Assembly (NCBI GenBank): GCA_008632985.1
Contig: QPGO01000038.1
Coordinates: forward strand, 25,939 to 89,938
Direction of reading: 5' to 3'
DNA from: Psammoneis japonica
Lineage: Eukaryota
Length of the DNA: 64,000 nt
Shown here: piece by piece, positions 1-12,870 of the stretch
How the letters are laid out: the number at the start of each line of letters is the position of its first letter
How positions within the stretch are numbered: the first letter of the stretch is position 1
Notes under the pieces: generated by a model
What the model saw: the letters and a program-made list of their open reading frames with translations, nothing else
Told to the model about the DNA's origin: nothing
Database searches by the model: none
Position numbers and translations under genes: made by a program

Positions 1-225
1 GACATGTTTGTTTTCCTTGAAAAGACACGTTTGTTTTCCTTGAAATGTCATGTTTGTTTTCCTTGAAAAGACACATTTTTTTTCTTTGAAACGACATGTT
101 TTTTTTTATGACATGTTTGTTTTCCTTGAAACAACACGCTGGCTTTCCTCAAAATGACACGTTTGTTTTCCTTGAAATGACTTTTTTTTTTGAAACGACG
201 TGTTTGTTTTTCTTGAAACAACATG
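1..225 (-). repeat. 23-bp satellite array (unit TCTTTTCAAGGAAAACAAACATG on the minus strand), runs off the window start
   Basis: Tandem copies of catgtttgttttccttgaaaaga; reverse complement of the arrays at 6.1 kb and 10.6-17.4 kb. Confidence 0.9.
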
Positions 226-1380
226 AGTTTGCCTTGAATTCTGCGCAAGAATGCACTGACGGAAGCAAACCAATGCGATTCCATGTGCAGGAGAACAGCA
301 TCTGCATCCCACAAGAAGCTCACGCCTGTCCCCAAGTTCAGTTGGATTCATGAGACTGCAATGTGCAGCAATTTGTTGGGTTGATCCTCTCCCAGATGAA
401 GATGTGTGACACCTCTGGAATGCTTGAACAGCACCCGCAACTGAGCAACTCCTTGTTTGATGTCTGGCGGTCAAAATCCTCCACCGCCAAGAGCTTGTGG
501 GCCACACAAGATGAGTTGTTTTGTGTTTCAGCTGCACCCACATTTGACAATGTGAGCCGCACTGCTTTCTGTCGAGCGGCTTGGGGAGAAAGTTCTTGTC
601 AGGGAGAGCACAGGCCATTGAGGAGAGATGACGTGCATGGCAGCATCTCCATGTTTCCGCATGATCAAGTGAACAAGATCAAAGGAAAAGAGCTGCAGTG
701 TCGCTCTTGTGTCGGAGTTTCTTCAGCTGAGTTTTCTGGGCGCCAATTGGAGCCAAGCAGTGTCCAAGGGTTTTGTGTGGAGCACAAGCTGAGAGTTGAG
801 TGCCGACGTGTTCCAGCCCTGGGTGGGAGCTCGCAGTGCTGACGTGTGACAACAATGATTTTTGTCATCCGTCGCATGTTTCGTGCGCAGATTTCTGCGT
901 GTGACATTTAAAAACAATTGTCCAGACTCGCTGTTTTGTGAAGCCCCAGACATTTTGCACAACAAATTTATAGAAACAACAATGCGCCAGTTGCATTCTT
1001 CAATGTCTGAAGAATGTAACTGGCCAAGTAAAAAATGATGCACTTCAATCATGTGCGAGTTTGTGCGTTCGCAAAATTGCCTCATTTTCTGTTGGCGATC
1101 ATTGACATTTTAATTGCCGCACAATTTTGCCACGGAGCTCGCACGTAGAAGTCTGCGGGCCCAATGTCACACGGATTCCCACCTGCATCTGGAACGCGTC
1201 TGCCAGAGCGGGACTTGGGCCTGTCTGCAGAGAAGATTTCAATGTCAAGGTCTTCATGGTGAGGGCGAATGCATGGCTCTCTGCACTCAGTGAAGTCCCG
1301 CTCAATGGCATGGAAAGAACACTTTGGCAGCTCAAGTTCATGCCCAGCTGCGCCCAGCAAAACACACCAGAGTTGATTGT
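226..1380 (-). mobile_element. Degenerate non-LTR retrotransposon RT C-terminal fragment; inverted copy of ~16510-17260, interrupted by a MITE
   Basis: Minus translation QLWCVLLGAAGHELELPKCSFHAIERDF and HTKPLDTAW align to the 16.5-17.2 kb copy; resembles diatom non-LTR RT C-terminal motifs. Confidence 0.65.
805..1200. mobile_element. MITE, family A subfamily 1 (396 bp), 4-bp TSD TGCC
   Basis: Ends GACGTGTTCCAG...CTGGAACGCGTC; TGCC at 801-804 and 1201-1204; empty site in the paralog near 16690-16705. Confidence 0.92.
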
Positions 1381-1384
1381 CAGG

Positions 1385-1734
1385 CCATGTCTTCAATTTA
1401 GACAACAAAGTGGTGGAAAACAAAGAGTTGCTCACAGCTGGAGGTGTGCATTGATGGAGGTGCCAGACAAGCAACGAGGCAGCAAGATTCAACCAACTGA
1501 CGTCATGCTCCCCATCCAACATCAGCTCTGCTGTGACAGTGTTCCCCTCATGCCCCAAGTCCACGGACATGGGAGGGACAGCAGGAGGCGCACCTTTGGC
1601 CTGTCCAAAATGATGTTGACTCTGTGTCCAAAGTGCTGCTGCTGCATCCTCCGGAGCATCTGCTGTCATCCAATGTTTGCATGTCTTCGGATTGTCTTGA
1701 GGACCAACTGGCACTTGAATGGTCTTGATGCTTG
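1385..1734 (-). mobile_element. Degenerate non-LTR retrotransposon ORF fragment (region upstream of RT)
   Basis: Translation LWTQSQHHFGQAKGAPPAVPPMSVDLG resembles the RN..HFGQA.GTPF motif of diatom non-LTR elements. Confidence 0.45.
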
Positions 1735-2152
1735 AGTCTGCTTTCTCCTTGAAAGCGTCAATCTTTTGGATCACTCTCTTTGTCTCTTCTGCTTCTGCAC
1801 ACTGCAGCTTGCAGCAGAGACCGCTGTTGGACGAAAACATGCCAAGATCTGGCAGCCGGTTTGCGGGGCTGTTCTTCAGTCTTCCAGCCTTCCATGCTTG
1901 CTTTTGCATGTCCAGCCAATGTCCAAGTCTCTCTCCATTTTCAGTCTGCTTTCTCCTTGAAAGCATCAATCTTTTGGGGCACTCTGTCTCTTCTGCTTCT
2001 GCACACTGCAGCTTGCAGCAGAGACCGCTGTTGGATGAAAACATGCCAAGATCTGGCAGCCGGTTTGTGTTGCTGTTCTTCATTCTTCTTCCAGCCTTCC
2101 ATGCTTGCTTTTGCGTGTCCAGCCAATGTCTAAGTCTCTCTCCATTTTCAGT
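1735..2152 (-). repeat. ~208-bp tandem duplication encoding helicase-associated (HA)-like repeat remnants
   Basis: agtctgctttctccttgaaagc at 1735 and 1943; translation LGHWLDMQKQAWKAGRL twice (HA-like LG.W...Q). Confidence 0.6.
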
Positions 2153-2199
2153 GTGACAATGGGGCACTTTGCAGCTTCCCCCCGTGCACCACAAACTGT

Positions 2200-5100
2200 T
2201 TTAGAAGTCTTCAAAACTGTCTTCCCGGATTCCGTGATGATCCAACAGCACACATCCGATCCGACGTTGTGGGAAATGCCTGGCCACCGTCCAAGTCTCC
2301 TCAGGTCATCTGTTGCACTCGTTTGTCGGGCCTGTCCCACCACCAGACCATGTCACAGAAACCAAAATCCAAGCACCCGCCTGTTTCGGGTGTCTGACCA
2401 GTCACCTCTTCATGCCCAGTCCTCTTGTCACGACCTCTTGCCATGCAAGATGCCAGCTCCGATTCACACACAAGACCAAAATCCCACAGTCGTTTTGGCA
2501 CCTTTTTCTTTGTCATGCGCAGACGCCAACACTTGGCTGGGAACCCAATCTCTCTTTCTGCAGCATGATTCTGATTCTTGCAACCTTGTTCTGTCGTCCT
2601 AAGTTGGATCCTCATTCGGCGTGCATGCTTGACAAACTTGGCATTTCGTCCGGCAAACTCTCCAGCTCCATCCGACATGAGATGTTCTGGCGCACCCATG
2701 TCATCTGCAAAATCAATGAGAGACAGACCTGCCTCCGACCTTGCGGTCATTGGCACAACCTTTGCGAATTTGCCCTGAGCACAAACATTGGCACAAGTGT
2801 TGCCGAGCAAAGACTTCACCTTAGACATCAACGTGTCCACAAACCATGTCCCTTTTGGTCGCTTCCGGTGCAAGTCCAGGTGGTCGACCCCAACTCTCCT
2901 TGACATTGGTTGAGTCACCGTCCGCACACCACGTTGTGTGGTTGCATTGATGGTGTCCTCAGCCGTTTCCAAGCTGCGTCGATCTTGGAGTGATGGTCCT
3001 TGCTGCGTGGCTCCTTGACAGATCTTGCCTTCTCATCCACGTCAGACCCACACGTGCAAGCCACATTGACTGAACTGATGAGCCTGTCACAGAAGGTTTG
3101 AAGGTGACAAAGTGGAGACAATCGGGCCAGTTCAGTTTCAACCTCGCCCCATTGGACTGCTTGAGACTTGGCCCTGTCGCTCATCATTTCTGAAATTTGT
3201 TCCTGTTGCATGCCAGATGTCATTGATCGGATGGCGCGCATTTCAGATTGCTCCCGTGTGCGCTGTGGCAAACCCATGTCGACTTCTGTTGGTTCCCATG
3301 CATCTCCTGTTAGCAGCATGACTGGTGAGTTCTTCTCCTCCCAATCCGTCGGAACGCAAGACTTGAAAGATGCGATTGTCCCTGTGGAATTGAAAGGGAT
3401 GAAAGCCTCATCAGCTTTGACTCCAAACCCATTTCGAGTGTCGCAGGGGTTGTCATGTGCAGGTGTGTTGCGTGCTTGCAATTGATTGGGGTTCAACAGT
3501 GAATGCTGCATGTCAGTGCCAAACCACAACATTTGGTCTCCGACCAGTGAATGCTCGCGACTCGTCTCCGGATCTGTCCATGCCGTGCAACAATGCGCCA
3601 CAGGGACCTGTTCAATCGGCTCACAAGAGTCTAGGAATGGGTGCACTCAACAGATTTCGTTTGACAATTCCACAAGTTTCCAGTTGGCTCCAGCACAACA
3701 AGCACCCGCATGGGTGTCACATTCATTCCTCGCCATGAAACCAGGTGTCGTCACATTCGTTGTTGCAGTTGAAGTCATTGACCTCATTGCACGTCTCGAC
3801 GTCACAGTGACGCGCCTTTTCGTCGTCTTTTCTTGCAAATGAAACATCGGGTGGGGTTCAGTTAACAACACAATGAGCAACATGAATGCAAATGACATGT
3901 GCACAAGATGCGCCAACGCTCCCGCAGCTGAAACCACCCCAATCAGTCAAGCGTGGCCTTGATGGGCTCCTCGACCGAAAGCATGCCCATTCCCACCACC
4001 ACGATCACGGTCAGCTCCGCGACCGCGGCCGCCGCCTTGACCTTGTTGCTGCTCTTGGCCATGACAATCTTGGACCTGAGCTTCGGCTGCCTGCCTGTTG
4101 TCTCCGTCGCGTCCACCTCTTCCTGCAGCACCTCCGCGGCCACCGCGACCATGCATCCTTTCACGAGCTTGAAAGACGCTGTCGAGGCCTCCGTTGAAGC
4201 GCAACCTTTCCCATTCCTGGTCGGTGAAGTTCCTCGCAGGATCTGATGCATCTGCTCTGTTGATCATGGTTGCATGATCTCCACCTCTTCCATGTTGTCC
4301 ACCGCGTCCCCCGCCGCGGCCGAATCTTCCTCCACGTCCACGACCGCCGCAATGGAAACCACGGCCACCGCTGCCACCTCGGCTGACCTGAGAGATCTTG
4401 CATTTCGTGTGACGCCGGGCTTCCAACTGAGCACCTGCATGCAAACGAGAGACTTCGGATGAGAAATGAGCACATGCCCCCGCGAAGACGCGAGGGCACT
4501 GGTTGCCAACAACGGCCGCAGCCACCACAAGACGAGCATCATCCGACTTGATGCCCTTTTGAAGGATCTCAACCTTCTGCCGAGAGGATGCACATTCATC
4601 TGGGATCTCATCCAAGGTGGCAAAGGCACTGGCAAGTTTCTCCGTGAACTTCTCGAACGCAAGTGCTGCTTCCTTCTTGTGGAACAGTGTTTCGATGTTG
4701 GCCTTCGCCAGATGAACCCACTCACTCAATTCTCCTTCTCCATTGCAATGATTGACCCATGCCCAGAATGCTGCATGCCCATTTTCAGTTGCATTGTGCG
4801 GTTCAATCCAAGCCCATCCAGCCGCATCAATCAAACATTCCTTTGACATGTGGCAAACACGACGATTGTCCACATCAAACGCGTCTCTGGCGAGTGGCAG
4901 TTGACACATGCATTGTTCCTGAGTGTCCGCAAACACAGCCGGTGCAGGCATCCTCATCACGACACATTTCAATGGTTCCTTCAGTGTGCCAAGTTTCTGT
5001 GCCAACAGATTCAAGAAGGCATCCTCGCACACGTCGAAATCATCCATCTTGAATTTGGTGAGGTCACCAACCGCTGCAGTTGACTCCGTAAATTCCTTTT

Positions 5101-5461
5101 CAATGCGCCTGCCGTCCCCAGCCACCGCCACAGCTGCATTGTTAAAGTTCCCCACGACCAGCAGTTGACTCCTTTTCGTCAAATCCCTTGACCACCATGC
5201 CAACACCTGCAAGTTCTTAATTTGAATCGTTCCCAGAATCACGCAACCATCGGCTGCCGTGCGACAAGCTGCCCTCTGAGCTAAGTCCTCCACATCATGA
5301 TCAGTTTCCACAACAGCAACATTCTCAAGAGCAGCAAACCCTTCATAGAAAACAAGCCTCACCCCAGCATTCTGGTCAACAACACCGCAAACCTGCAAAA
5401 CTTCATCTGCGTCAGCCACCACGGCCAAAGCCGCAAGTGCCACTGCAGGTGCCGCTGCCAT
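2200..5461 (-). mobile_element. Ty1/copia (CoDi-like) 5' half: gag, protease, integrase; degenerate
   Basis: Gag ~5461-3947 with RGG-rich tail; protease ECDTHAGACCAGAN (~3700); integrase WFVDT, HLMSDGAGEF, QNHAAEREIG, KKKVPKRLWDFG, GRWPGISHNVGSD. Confidence 0.85.
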
Positions 5462-6079
5462 CCCACAAAAGAAATTAGAGGCAAAAACCCATGCAATGGG
5501 TTGCAATTGAGTGTGAGTGCGCATGGCGCAGGAGGCCACACCGGCCGGTGTTGTGATGACGGGTTCACTTGGCCAACCAACCTTGGGGTGATCAGTCCCG
5601 TGTTGTTTTCGTCGTGAGCACACGCTCGGGCATGCTGCCCAATGCCGCAGTCGCCCCACACCTGTCACCAACATGGAGACATTGACTGTCATGCGAGCAT
5701 TTTCCATTGCAAGCTGTTTCTTGGTTGACACATGCGACACAGATCACACGCTGCATGCAACAACCTCCTTTCGACGCCACGCACATGATTCAGCACATTT
5801 TCTACAGCTGCTTGTTCCATGCACACATTCACAACAAACAACCGTTCACAACGAGTTGTTCCCTTGTCCTTTTCCATCAGCGTCAATGGCTCTGATGAAG
5901 CAAATAAATCCCGATGCAGTGGCGTGAGATGACGTTGCACCTTGAGCCCAAGAGCAGCAGTGACAAACAAAGTGAACCCCACTCCGATTACATCGCTCAA
6001 GATTGTGTGGGAAAGAACAACAGCCAAACCGTGTGCGTCAGCCCCGGACCAGGGACTGACTGCTCCATCCAGATTTGCT

Positions 6080-6470
6080 TGAACAAACATGTTATTTCAA
6101 AGAAAACAAACGAAAACAAACATGTCATTTCAAGGAAAACAAACATGTCATTTCAACGAAAACAAACATGTGTTTTTAAGAAAAACAAACATGTCTTTTC
6201 AAGAAAAACAAACATGTCTTTTCAAGGAAAACAAACGTGTCTTTTCAAAAAAAAACAAACATGTCGTTTCCAGGAAAACAAACATGTCTTTTCAAGGAAA
6301 ACAAACATGTTGTTTCTAGGAAAACAAACATGTCTTTTCAAGGAAAACAAACGTGTCGTTTCAAGGAAAACAAGCACGTGGTTTCAAGGAAAACAAACAT
6401 GTCTTTTCAAGGAAAACAAACATGTCTTTTTGACAAAAACAAACATGTCATTTTTAAAGAAAAACAAACA
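6080..6470 (+). repeat. 23-bp satellite array
   Basis: Tandem (tc)ttttcaaggaaaacaaacatg units. Confidence 0.9.
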
Positions 6471-6474
6471 ACTC

Positions 6475-6800
6475 GGAGCATGCCAACAAAGCCTTGATGG
6501 CATTTTGGCACTCAACTCAGGCGAGCCATCCAGCTCAGGCCTGTGCCCAGGGCTCAAGGGCATCAACGCCTTTCAGTTTTCTTGATCTCCAACTCAGCAT
6601 CAGCCAATGCCCGCTTGACACAAAGGTCAGAGGACATGGCCCAGCGTGCCTTGCTTTCCAAGTCAGACAACTGGCACTTTCTGATCTGGGCGCCCAAGTG
6701 CTCCTTCGGCTCGCAGACACTTCTGTCCTTGAGTGTGCAGCCAGAGCTCATGCAACCCATGATCTTGATGTTGCTGACCACTGCCTGGGTTGTCACTCGG
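6475..6800 (-). mobile_element. Fragment of a second copia lineage (RT C-terminus)
   Basis: EPKEHLGAQI..WAMSSDLCVKRALAD..PLSPGHRPELDGSPEL; homologous to but divergent from the 8.4-8.6 kb RT. Confidence 0.7.
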
Positions 6801-6949
6801 TGGGTGTTCTTGGCGGCCATCAGGCCAATGTCTCACCTCTTGGAGAGCATCTCGGGCGTGACAGTTGATGCACGACTCAAGGTAACAGTGCATGCACCCA
6901 TCTCCACTCGGCACAATCCAGGCGGACGTCCAGATTGTGCCGGTCATGT

Positions 6950-9714
6950 GGCCCGTCTCCCCCAATGTCGTTGTGAGAGACACTCACCTGAGCAACCCAG
7001 TGCCTGCATTCGTGTTGGACGATCTTGCAATTGATGGCAACCCCGGTGTGGAATGTGAGGGCGGCATCACGCCTGAGGACGAGGAACATGGCAACATGCC
7101 ATCACCTGACGAACAACCGGACGATGATGATGAACAGTCAATTGATCAACACCTGGGAATGGAACTCATGTTTGACGTTGGAACCGACGGTGAACGACGC
7201 GGTGTTGCAACGAAATGTGCAAGAGGACAGGATGGGCGTCCAATTGGGACTTGGCATCAAAACCCATTGTTTGACACTCGCGAGTGCGAAGTGGAGTGTG
7301 CCGACGGCACCACAGACAAGCACACAGCCAATGCAATTGCCGAGAACATGTTTGCTCAGGTCAACAGCAAAGGCAACCAGTGTTCTGTCTTGCACAAAAT
7401 GCAAGACCATGAGAGGAGTGACGATGCAGTGTCGGTTGAAGGAGAAGAAGAAAATCACAACAAAAGGATGGAAACCATTGGTCGGATGGAAGGATGGCAG
7501 CTCATCTTGGGGTCAAACTCAAAGATCTGAAGGACTCCAACCCAATTGAAGTTGCTGAGCATGCTGTTGCAAACAGGTTGACTGAGGAACCTGCTTTTGC
7601 TTGGTGGGTCACACATGTCCCACGCAAACGGAATCGCATTGTGTCCAAGGTTAAGAAGAAGCACTGGCGCATGACTCACAAGTTTGGCACCCGATTGCCC
7701 AAGTCAACGGAGGGCACTTTGCAGACAGACCAGGAAACGGGGACAGACCATTGGGCTTGTGCAATCAATGAGGAGATGACAAAAGCAAAGGTGGCGTGGT
7801 GCGAGCATGAGGCTAAAACCCCTCAAGTCATCCAGGAAAGCAAGAGCGCAACTTTGCGTGGTTGTCAGGAGATCAGGTGCCACACGGCATTCGACGTTAA
7901 AATGGATTTCACCAGAAAGGCAAGGTTTGCAGCTGGCGGCCACACGACAGAGGCGCCGGCATCGATTGCTTGTTCCAGCATGGTTTCTAGAGACAGTGTG
8001 TGACTTGGATTCTTGCTGGCAGCTTTGAATGGAATCGACATTGCAGCGATTGATCTGGAGAATGCTTGTCTCAATGCACTGTGCGCAGAGAAGATGTGGT
8101 TCAAGGGCGGAAAGGAGTGCGGCAAGCATGAAGGGAAGGTGCTCATTGTTGCTCGGGCGTTGTGTGGCTTGAAGAGCTTGGGACACTCTTGGAGGTCTGC
8201 ACTGTCATCGGTCCTGCGTGACTTGGGCTTTGAATCAACGAGAGCGGATCCAGATGTTCACTTGCGTGCGGCGACTCGTGAAGATGGGCACGAGCATTGT
8301 GAAATGCTTTTGGCTCATGTCGACAACATGCCAATCATTTCCCATCAAGGGAAGTCCATTGTTGCTGCAATGGGCAAGCACCATGTCGTGAAGCCCGTCA
8401 GTGAAGGAGAGCCAGAGGTTTGTCTTGGAGCCAACGTTGAGAAGGTTCAGACTCAGGATGGGCGCACAATCTGGGCGAGTTCACCGAGGTCATGTGTTGA
8501 ATCGGCGATCAAGACTGTGGAGGGTCTGTTGGATGAAGACGGCAATGGAGAGGCTCTGAAGAACAGTGCAAAGGATCCACTGCCCCCAAAGTGCAAACCG
8601 GAGCTGGACGTGACAGACGAGTTGGGCCCCGACTTGGTGGACAGGCATTGACAGCTGACAGGGATTTGTCGTTGGGCAATCGAGTTGGGTCGTGTCGACA
8701 TCTTACACGAGGTTTCAATCCCATCTCAATGTCAAGCCAATCCAAGGAAAGGACACCTTGAAGCATCGCATCATGTGTTTGCGCATGTGAAGAAGCACCA
8801 GAATATTGGGCGCATTGATTCGATCCGAAGGAACCAGTGAATGATGAATCTGTTTTCAATTCGAATGTGGGCTGGACCGAGTTTTACGGGGACATCAAGG
8901 AGGAACTGCCACTGTGGGCACCAAAGCCTCGTGGCAACCCAACAAACATCTGCGCTTTTGTTGATGCTAACCATGCAGGGAATGTCGTCACTCGCAGGTT
9001 GCATGGCAGAATTCTGATGTTTGTCAATGATGCACCAGTGACATGGTTCAGCAAGCGGCAGAACACGGTGGAATCGGTGACGTTTGGAAGTGAATTGGCT
9101 GCGATGCGGATTTGCAAGGAGTTGATTGTCGCTTTGCGTTGCAAGCTTTGCATGTTTGGAGTTCCCCTTGAAGGACCGGCAAGCATCTTTTGTGATGATT
9201 GTGGTGTTGTGAAGAATGTGAGTGTGCCTGAGTCAGTTTTGTGTGAGAAGCACAGTGCCATCAACCGCCATGTTGTGCGAGAAGCAGTCGCAGCAGGGGT
9301 TGTTGGTGTTGGCAAGGAGGACACGGAAACAAACTTGGCAGACCTGCTTGCGAAAATGGTCACAGGAGAGCGGCGATGGAAGCTTTGCTCGTGTGTCTTT
9401 TGGCAATGTTCTGACACCAAGGCCAGGCACCTGTGGCTTGCACCCACGTGTCTCGGCCTCCCAAGCCAGCATGTCTGGTGGTTTAATTTGGGTTTTGTGG
9501 TTTGCCTCTCTGTGAGAGGATGTTGCAGGTTTAGACAAATTGGCGTTGTCATTGCCGTTTCACGGGGACCGAGTGAATCTGGATGGAGAAGCAAGAGAGG
9601 ACAATGTTGTGATTGGTGGCTGGTTGGCACATGTGAATCGAGTGGTGTTCCAGCAACACACTCACAATCTAATCAGGTTTGGGTTTGAGTTGACAGTGTT
9701 GCAACTTTCCATCA
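6950..9714 (+). mobile_element. Ty1/copia (CoDi-like) 3' half: linker, RT, RNase H, PPT and putative short 3' LTR; degenerate
   Basis: NPLFDTRE, EPAFAWWV, FDVKMDFTRKARFAAGGH, RALCGLKS, RADPDV, AFVDANHAGNVVTRR, WFSKRQNTVES..FGSE, NLADL; purine tract 9581-9604, then TGTTG...CCATCA (9605-9714, LTR call tentative). Confidence 0.88.
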
Positions 9715-10287
9715 GATGCAAGGGAGTTCCCCTTGAAGGACCGGCAAGCATCTTTTGTGATGATTGTGGTGTTGTGAAGAATGTGAGTGTGCACGAGTCG
9801 GTTTTGCGTGAGAAGCACAATGCCATCAACCGCCATGTTGTGCGAGAAGCGGTCGCAGCAGGAGTTGTTGGTGTTGGCAAGGAGGACACGAAAACAAACT
9901 TGGCAGATCTGCTTGCGAAAATGGTCACAGGAGAGCGGCGATGGAAGCTTTGCTCGTGTGTCTTTTGGCAATGTTCTGACACCAAGGCCAGGCACCTGTG
10001 GCTTGCACCCACGTGTCTCGGCCTCCCAAGCCAGCACGTCTGGTGGTTTAATTTGGGTTTTGTGGTTTGCCTCTCTGTGAGAGGATGTTGCAGGTTTAGA
10101 TGAATCGGCATTGTCGTTGCCGTTTCGCGGGGACCGAGTGAATCTGGATGGAGAAGCAAGAGAGGACAATGTTGTGATTGGTGGCTGGCTGGCACATGTG
10201 AATCGAGTGGTGCTCTGGCAACACACTCACAATCCAATCAGGTTTGGGTTTGAGTTGACAGTGTTGTGACTTTCCATCAGATGCAAG
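9158..10287 (+). repeat. 565-bp tandem duplication of the copia RNase H end and 3' region
   Basis: ggagttccccttgaaggacc at 9158 and 9723. Confidence 0.9.
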
Positions 10288-10342
10288 GCATCGTGCTTGT
10301 CCTTTCGTTGCATTGAGATTCACTCGGTTGCAAGGAAAACAA

Positions 10343-10602
10343 GGCCTGTTCCAGCTCCAGGTGCTCCGCGCGGGTTCGATTCCCATCATTTGGAAATTTG
10401 TGCATTTGGCACAGTTGACTTTTTCCAAATCCGTTTTTTGCCAAATCGAATGGTGAGTGTGCAATTTGCGTGCATTTTTGGGTGTGCACTCACCTTTTGA
10501 TTGTTGAAACAATCAAAATTGAAGGAGTCAATTGCGCTAAACTGCGCAGAAAATCGGCCTCTCGAGTGATAAAAAGCAGATCACCTGGAGCTGGAACAGG
10601 CC
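10343..10602. mobile_element. MITE family B (260 bp), 21-bp TIR, 4-bp TSD ACAA, inserted into a satellite unit
   Basis: GGCCTGTTCCAGCTCCAGGTG...CACCTGGAGCTGGAACAGGCC flanked by ACAA on both sides. Confidence 0.92.
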
Positions 10603-11645
10603 ACAAACATGTCTTTTCAAGGAAAACAATCATGTCTTTTCAAGGAAAACAAGCATGTCTTTTCAAGGAAAACAGTCATGTCGTTTCAAGGAAAACAAGC
10701 ACGTCATTTCAAGGAAAACAAACATGCATTTTTAAGCTGCAATGAAAACAAACATGTCTTTTCAATGAAAACAAACGTGATTTCAAGGAAAACAAACACG
10801 TCTTTTCAAGGAAAACAAACACATCTTTTCAAGGAAAACAAACATGTCTTTTTGAGGAAAACAAACATGCTGCACCAAGGAAAACAAACATGTCCTTTCA
10901 AGGAAAACAAACATGTCTTTTCAAGGAAAACAAACGTGTTGTTTCAAGGAAGGAAAAAACAAAATCTTTCAAGGAACACAAACATGTCTTTTTAATTTGC
11001 AAGGAAAACAAACATGTCATTTTAAAGAAAACAAATGTGTCTTTTCAAGGAAAACATGCGTGTCGTTCCAATGAAAACAAACATGTTGTTTCAAGGAAAA
11101 CAAACATGTCGTTTCAAGGAAAACAAACATGTCTTTTCAAGGAAAACAAAAGTGTTGTTTCAAGGAAGGAAAACAAACAACTTCTTTCAAGGAAAACAAG
11201 AAACATGTCTTTTTAAATTGCAAGGAAAACAAACATGTCTTTTCAAAGAAAACAAACATGTTGTTTCAAGGAAAACAAACATGTCGTTTCAAAGAAAACA
11301 AACGTGTTGTTTCAAGGAAAACAAACACATTGGTTCAAAGAAAACAAACATGTCTTTTCAAGCAAAACAAAAGTGTTGTTTCAAGGAAGGAAAACAAACA
11401 AGTCATTTCAACGAAATTGGAAAACAAACATGTCTTTTCAAGGAAAACAAACATGTTGTTTCAAGGAAAACAAACACGTCATTTCAAGGAAAACAAACAC
11501 GTTGTTTCAAGGAAAACAAACATGTCATTTCAAGGAAAACAAGCACGTCATTTCAAGGAAAAAAACATGTTCTTTCAAGACATGTTCTTTCAAGGAAAAC
11601 AAACATGCCATTTCAAAGAAAACAAACAAAGGAAAACAAACACGC
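10603..11645 (+). repeat. 23-bp satellite array
   Basis: Tandem units with higher-order variants shared with the 12.9-14.3 kb array. Confidence 0.92.
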
Positions 11646-12610
11646 ACTGGATTTGATCCGAAGGAACCAGTGAATGACGAATCTGTTTTCAATTCGAACG
11701 CGGGCTGGACCGAGTTTTACGGGGACATTGAGGAGGAGCTGCTGCCACGGGCACCAAAGCCTCGTGGCAACCCGACAAACATCCATGCTTTTGTTGATGC
11801 TGACCATGCAGGGAATGTCATCACTCGCAGGTCGCATGGTGGAATTCTGATGTTTGTCAATGAAGCGCCAGTGACATGGTTCAGCAAGCGGCAGAACACG
11901 GTGGAATCGGCGATGTTTGGAAGTGAGTTGGCTGCGATGCGGACTTGCAAGGAGTTGATTGTCGCTTTGCGTTGCAAGCTTTGCATGTTTGGAGCTCCCC
12001 TTGAAGGACCGGCAAGCATCTTTTGTGATGATCGTGGTGTTGTGAAGAATGTGAGTGTGCCTGAGTCGGTTTTGCATGAGAAGCACAGCGCCATCAACCG
12101 CCATGTTGCGCGAGAAGCGGTCACAGCAGGAACTTTTTGTGTTGGCAAGGAGGACACAGAAACAATCTTGGCAGATCCACTCACAAAAATGGTCACAGGA
12201 GAGCGGCGATGGAAGCTTTGCTCGTGTGTCTTTTGGCAATGTTCCGACACCAAGGCCAGGCACCTGTGGCTTGTGCCCACGTGTCTCGGCCTCCCAAGCC
12301 AGCATGTCTGGTGGCTTAATTTGGGTTTTGTGGTTTGCCTCTCTGTGAGAGGATGTTGCAGGTTTAGACAAATCGGCACCGTCACCGCCGTTTCGCGGGG
12401 ACCGAGTGAATCTGGATGGAGAAGCAAGAGAGGACAATGTTGTGATTGGTGGCTGGTTGGCACATGTGAGTCGAGTGGTGTTCCAGCAACACACTCACAA
12501 TCCAATCAGGTTTGGGTTCAAGTTGACAGTGTTGTGACTTTCCATCAGACGCAAGGCATCGTGCTTGTCCTTTCGTTGCATTGAGATTCACTCGGTTGCA
12601 AGGAAAACAA

Positions 12611-12870
12611 GGCCTGTTCCAGCTCCAGGTGCTCCGCGCGGGTTCGATTCCCATCATTTGGAAATTTGTGCATTTGGCGCAGTTGACTTTTTCCAAATCC
12701 GTTTTTTGCCAAATCGAATGGTGAGTGTGCAATTTGCATGCATTTTTGGGTGTGCACTCACCTTTTGATTTTTGAAACAATCAAAATTGAAGGAGTCAAT
12801 TGCGCTAAACTGCGCAGAAAATCGGCCTCTCGAGTGATAAAAAGCAGATCACCTGGAGCTGGAACAGGCC
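12611..12870. mobile_element. MITE family B copy (260 bp)
   Basis: Same TIRs, TSD and flanks as 10343-10602. Confidence 0.92.
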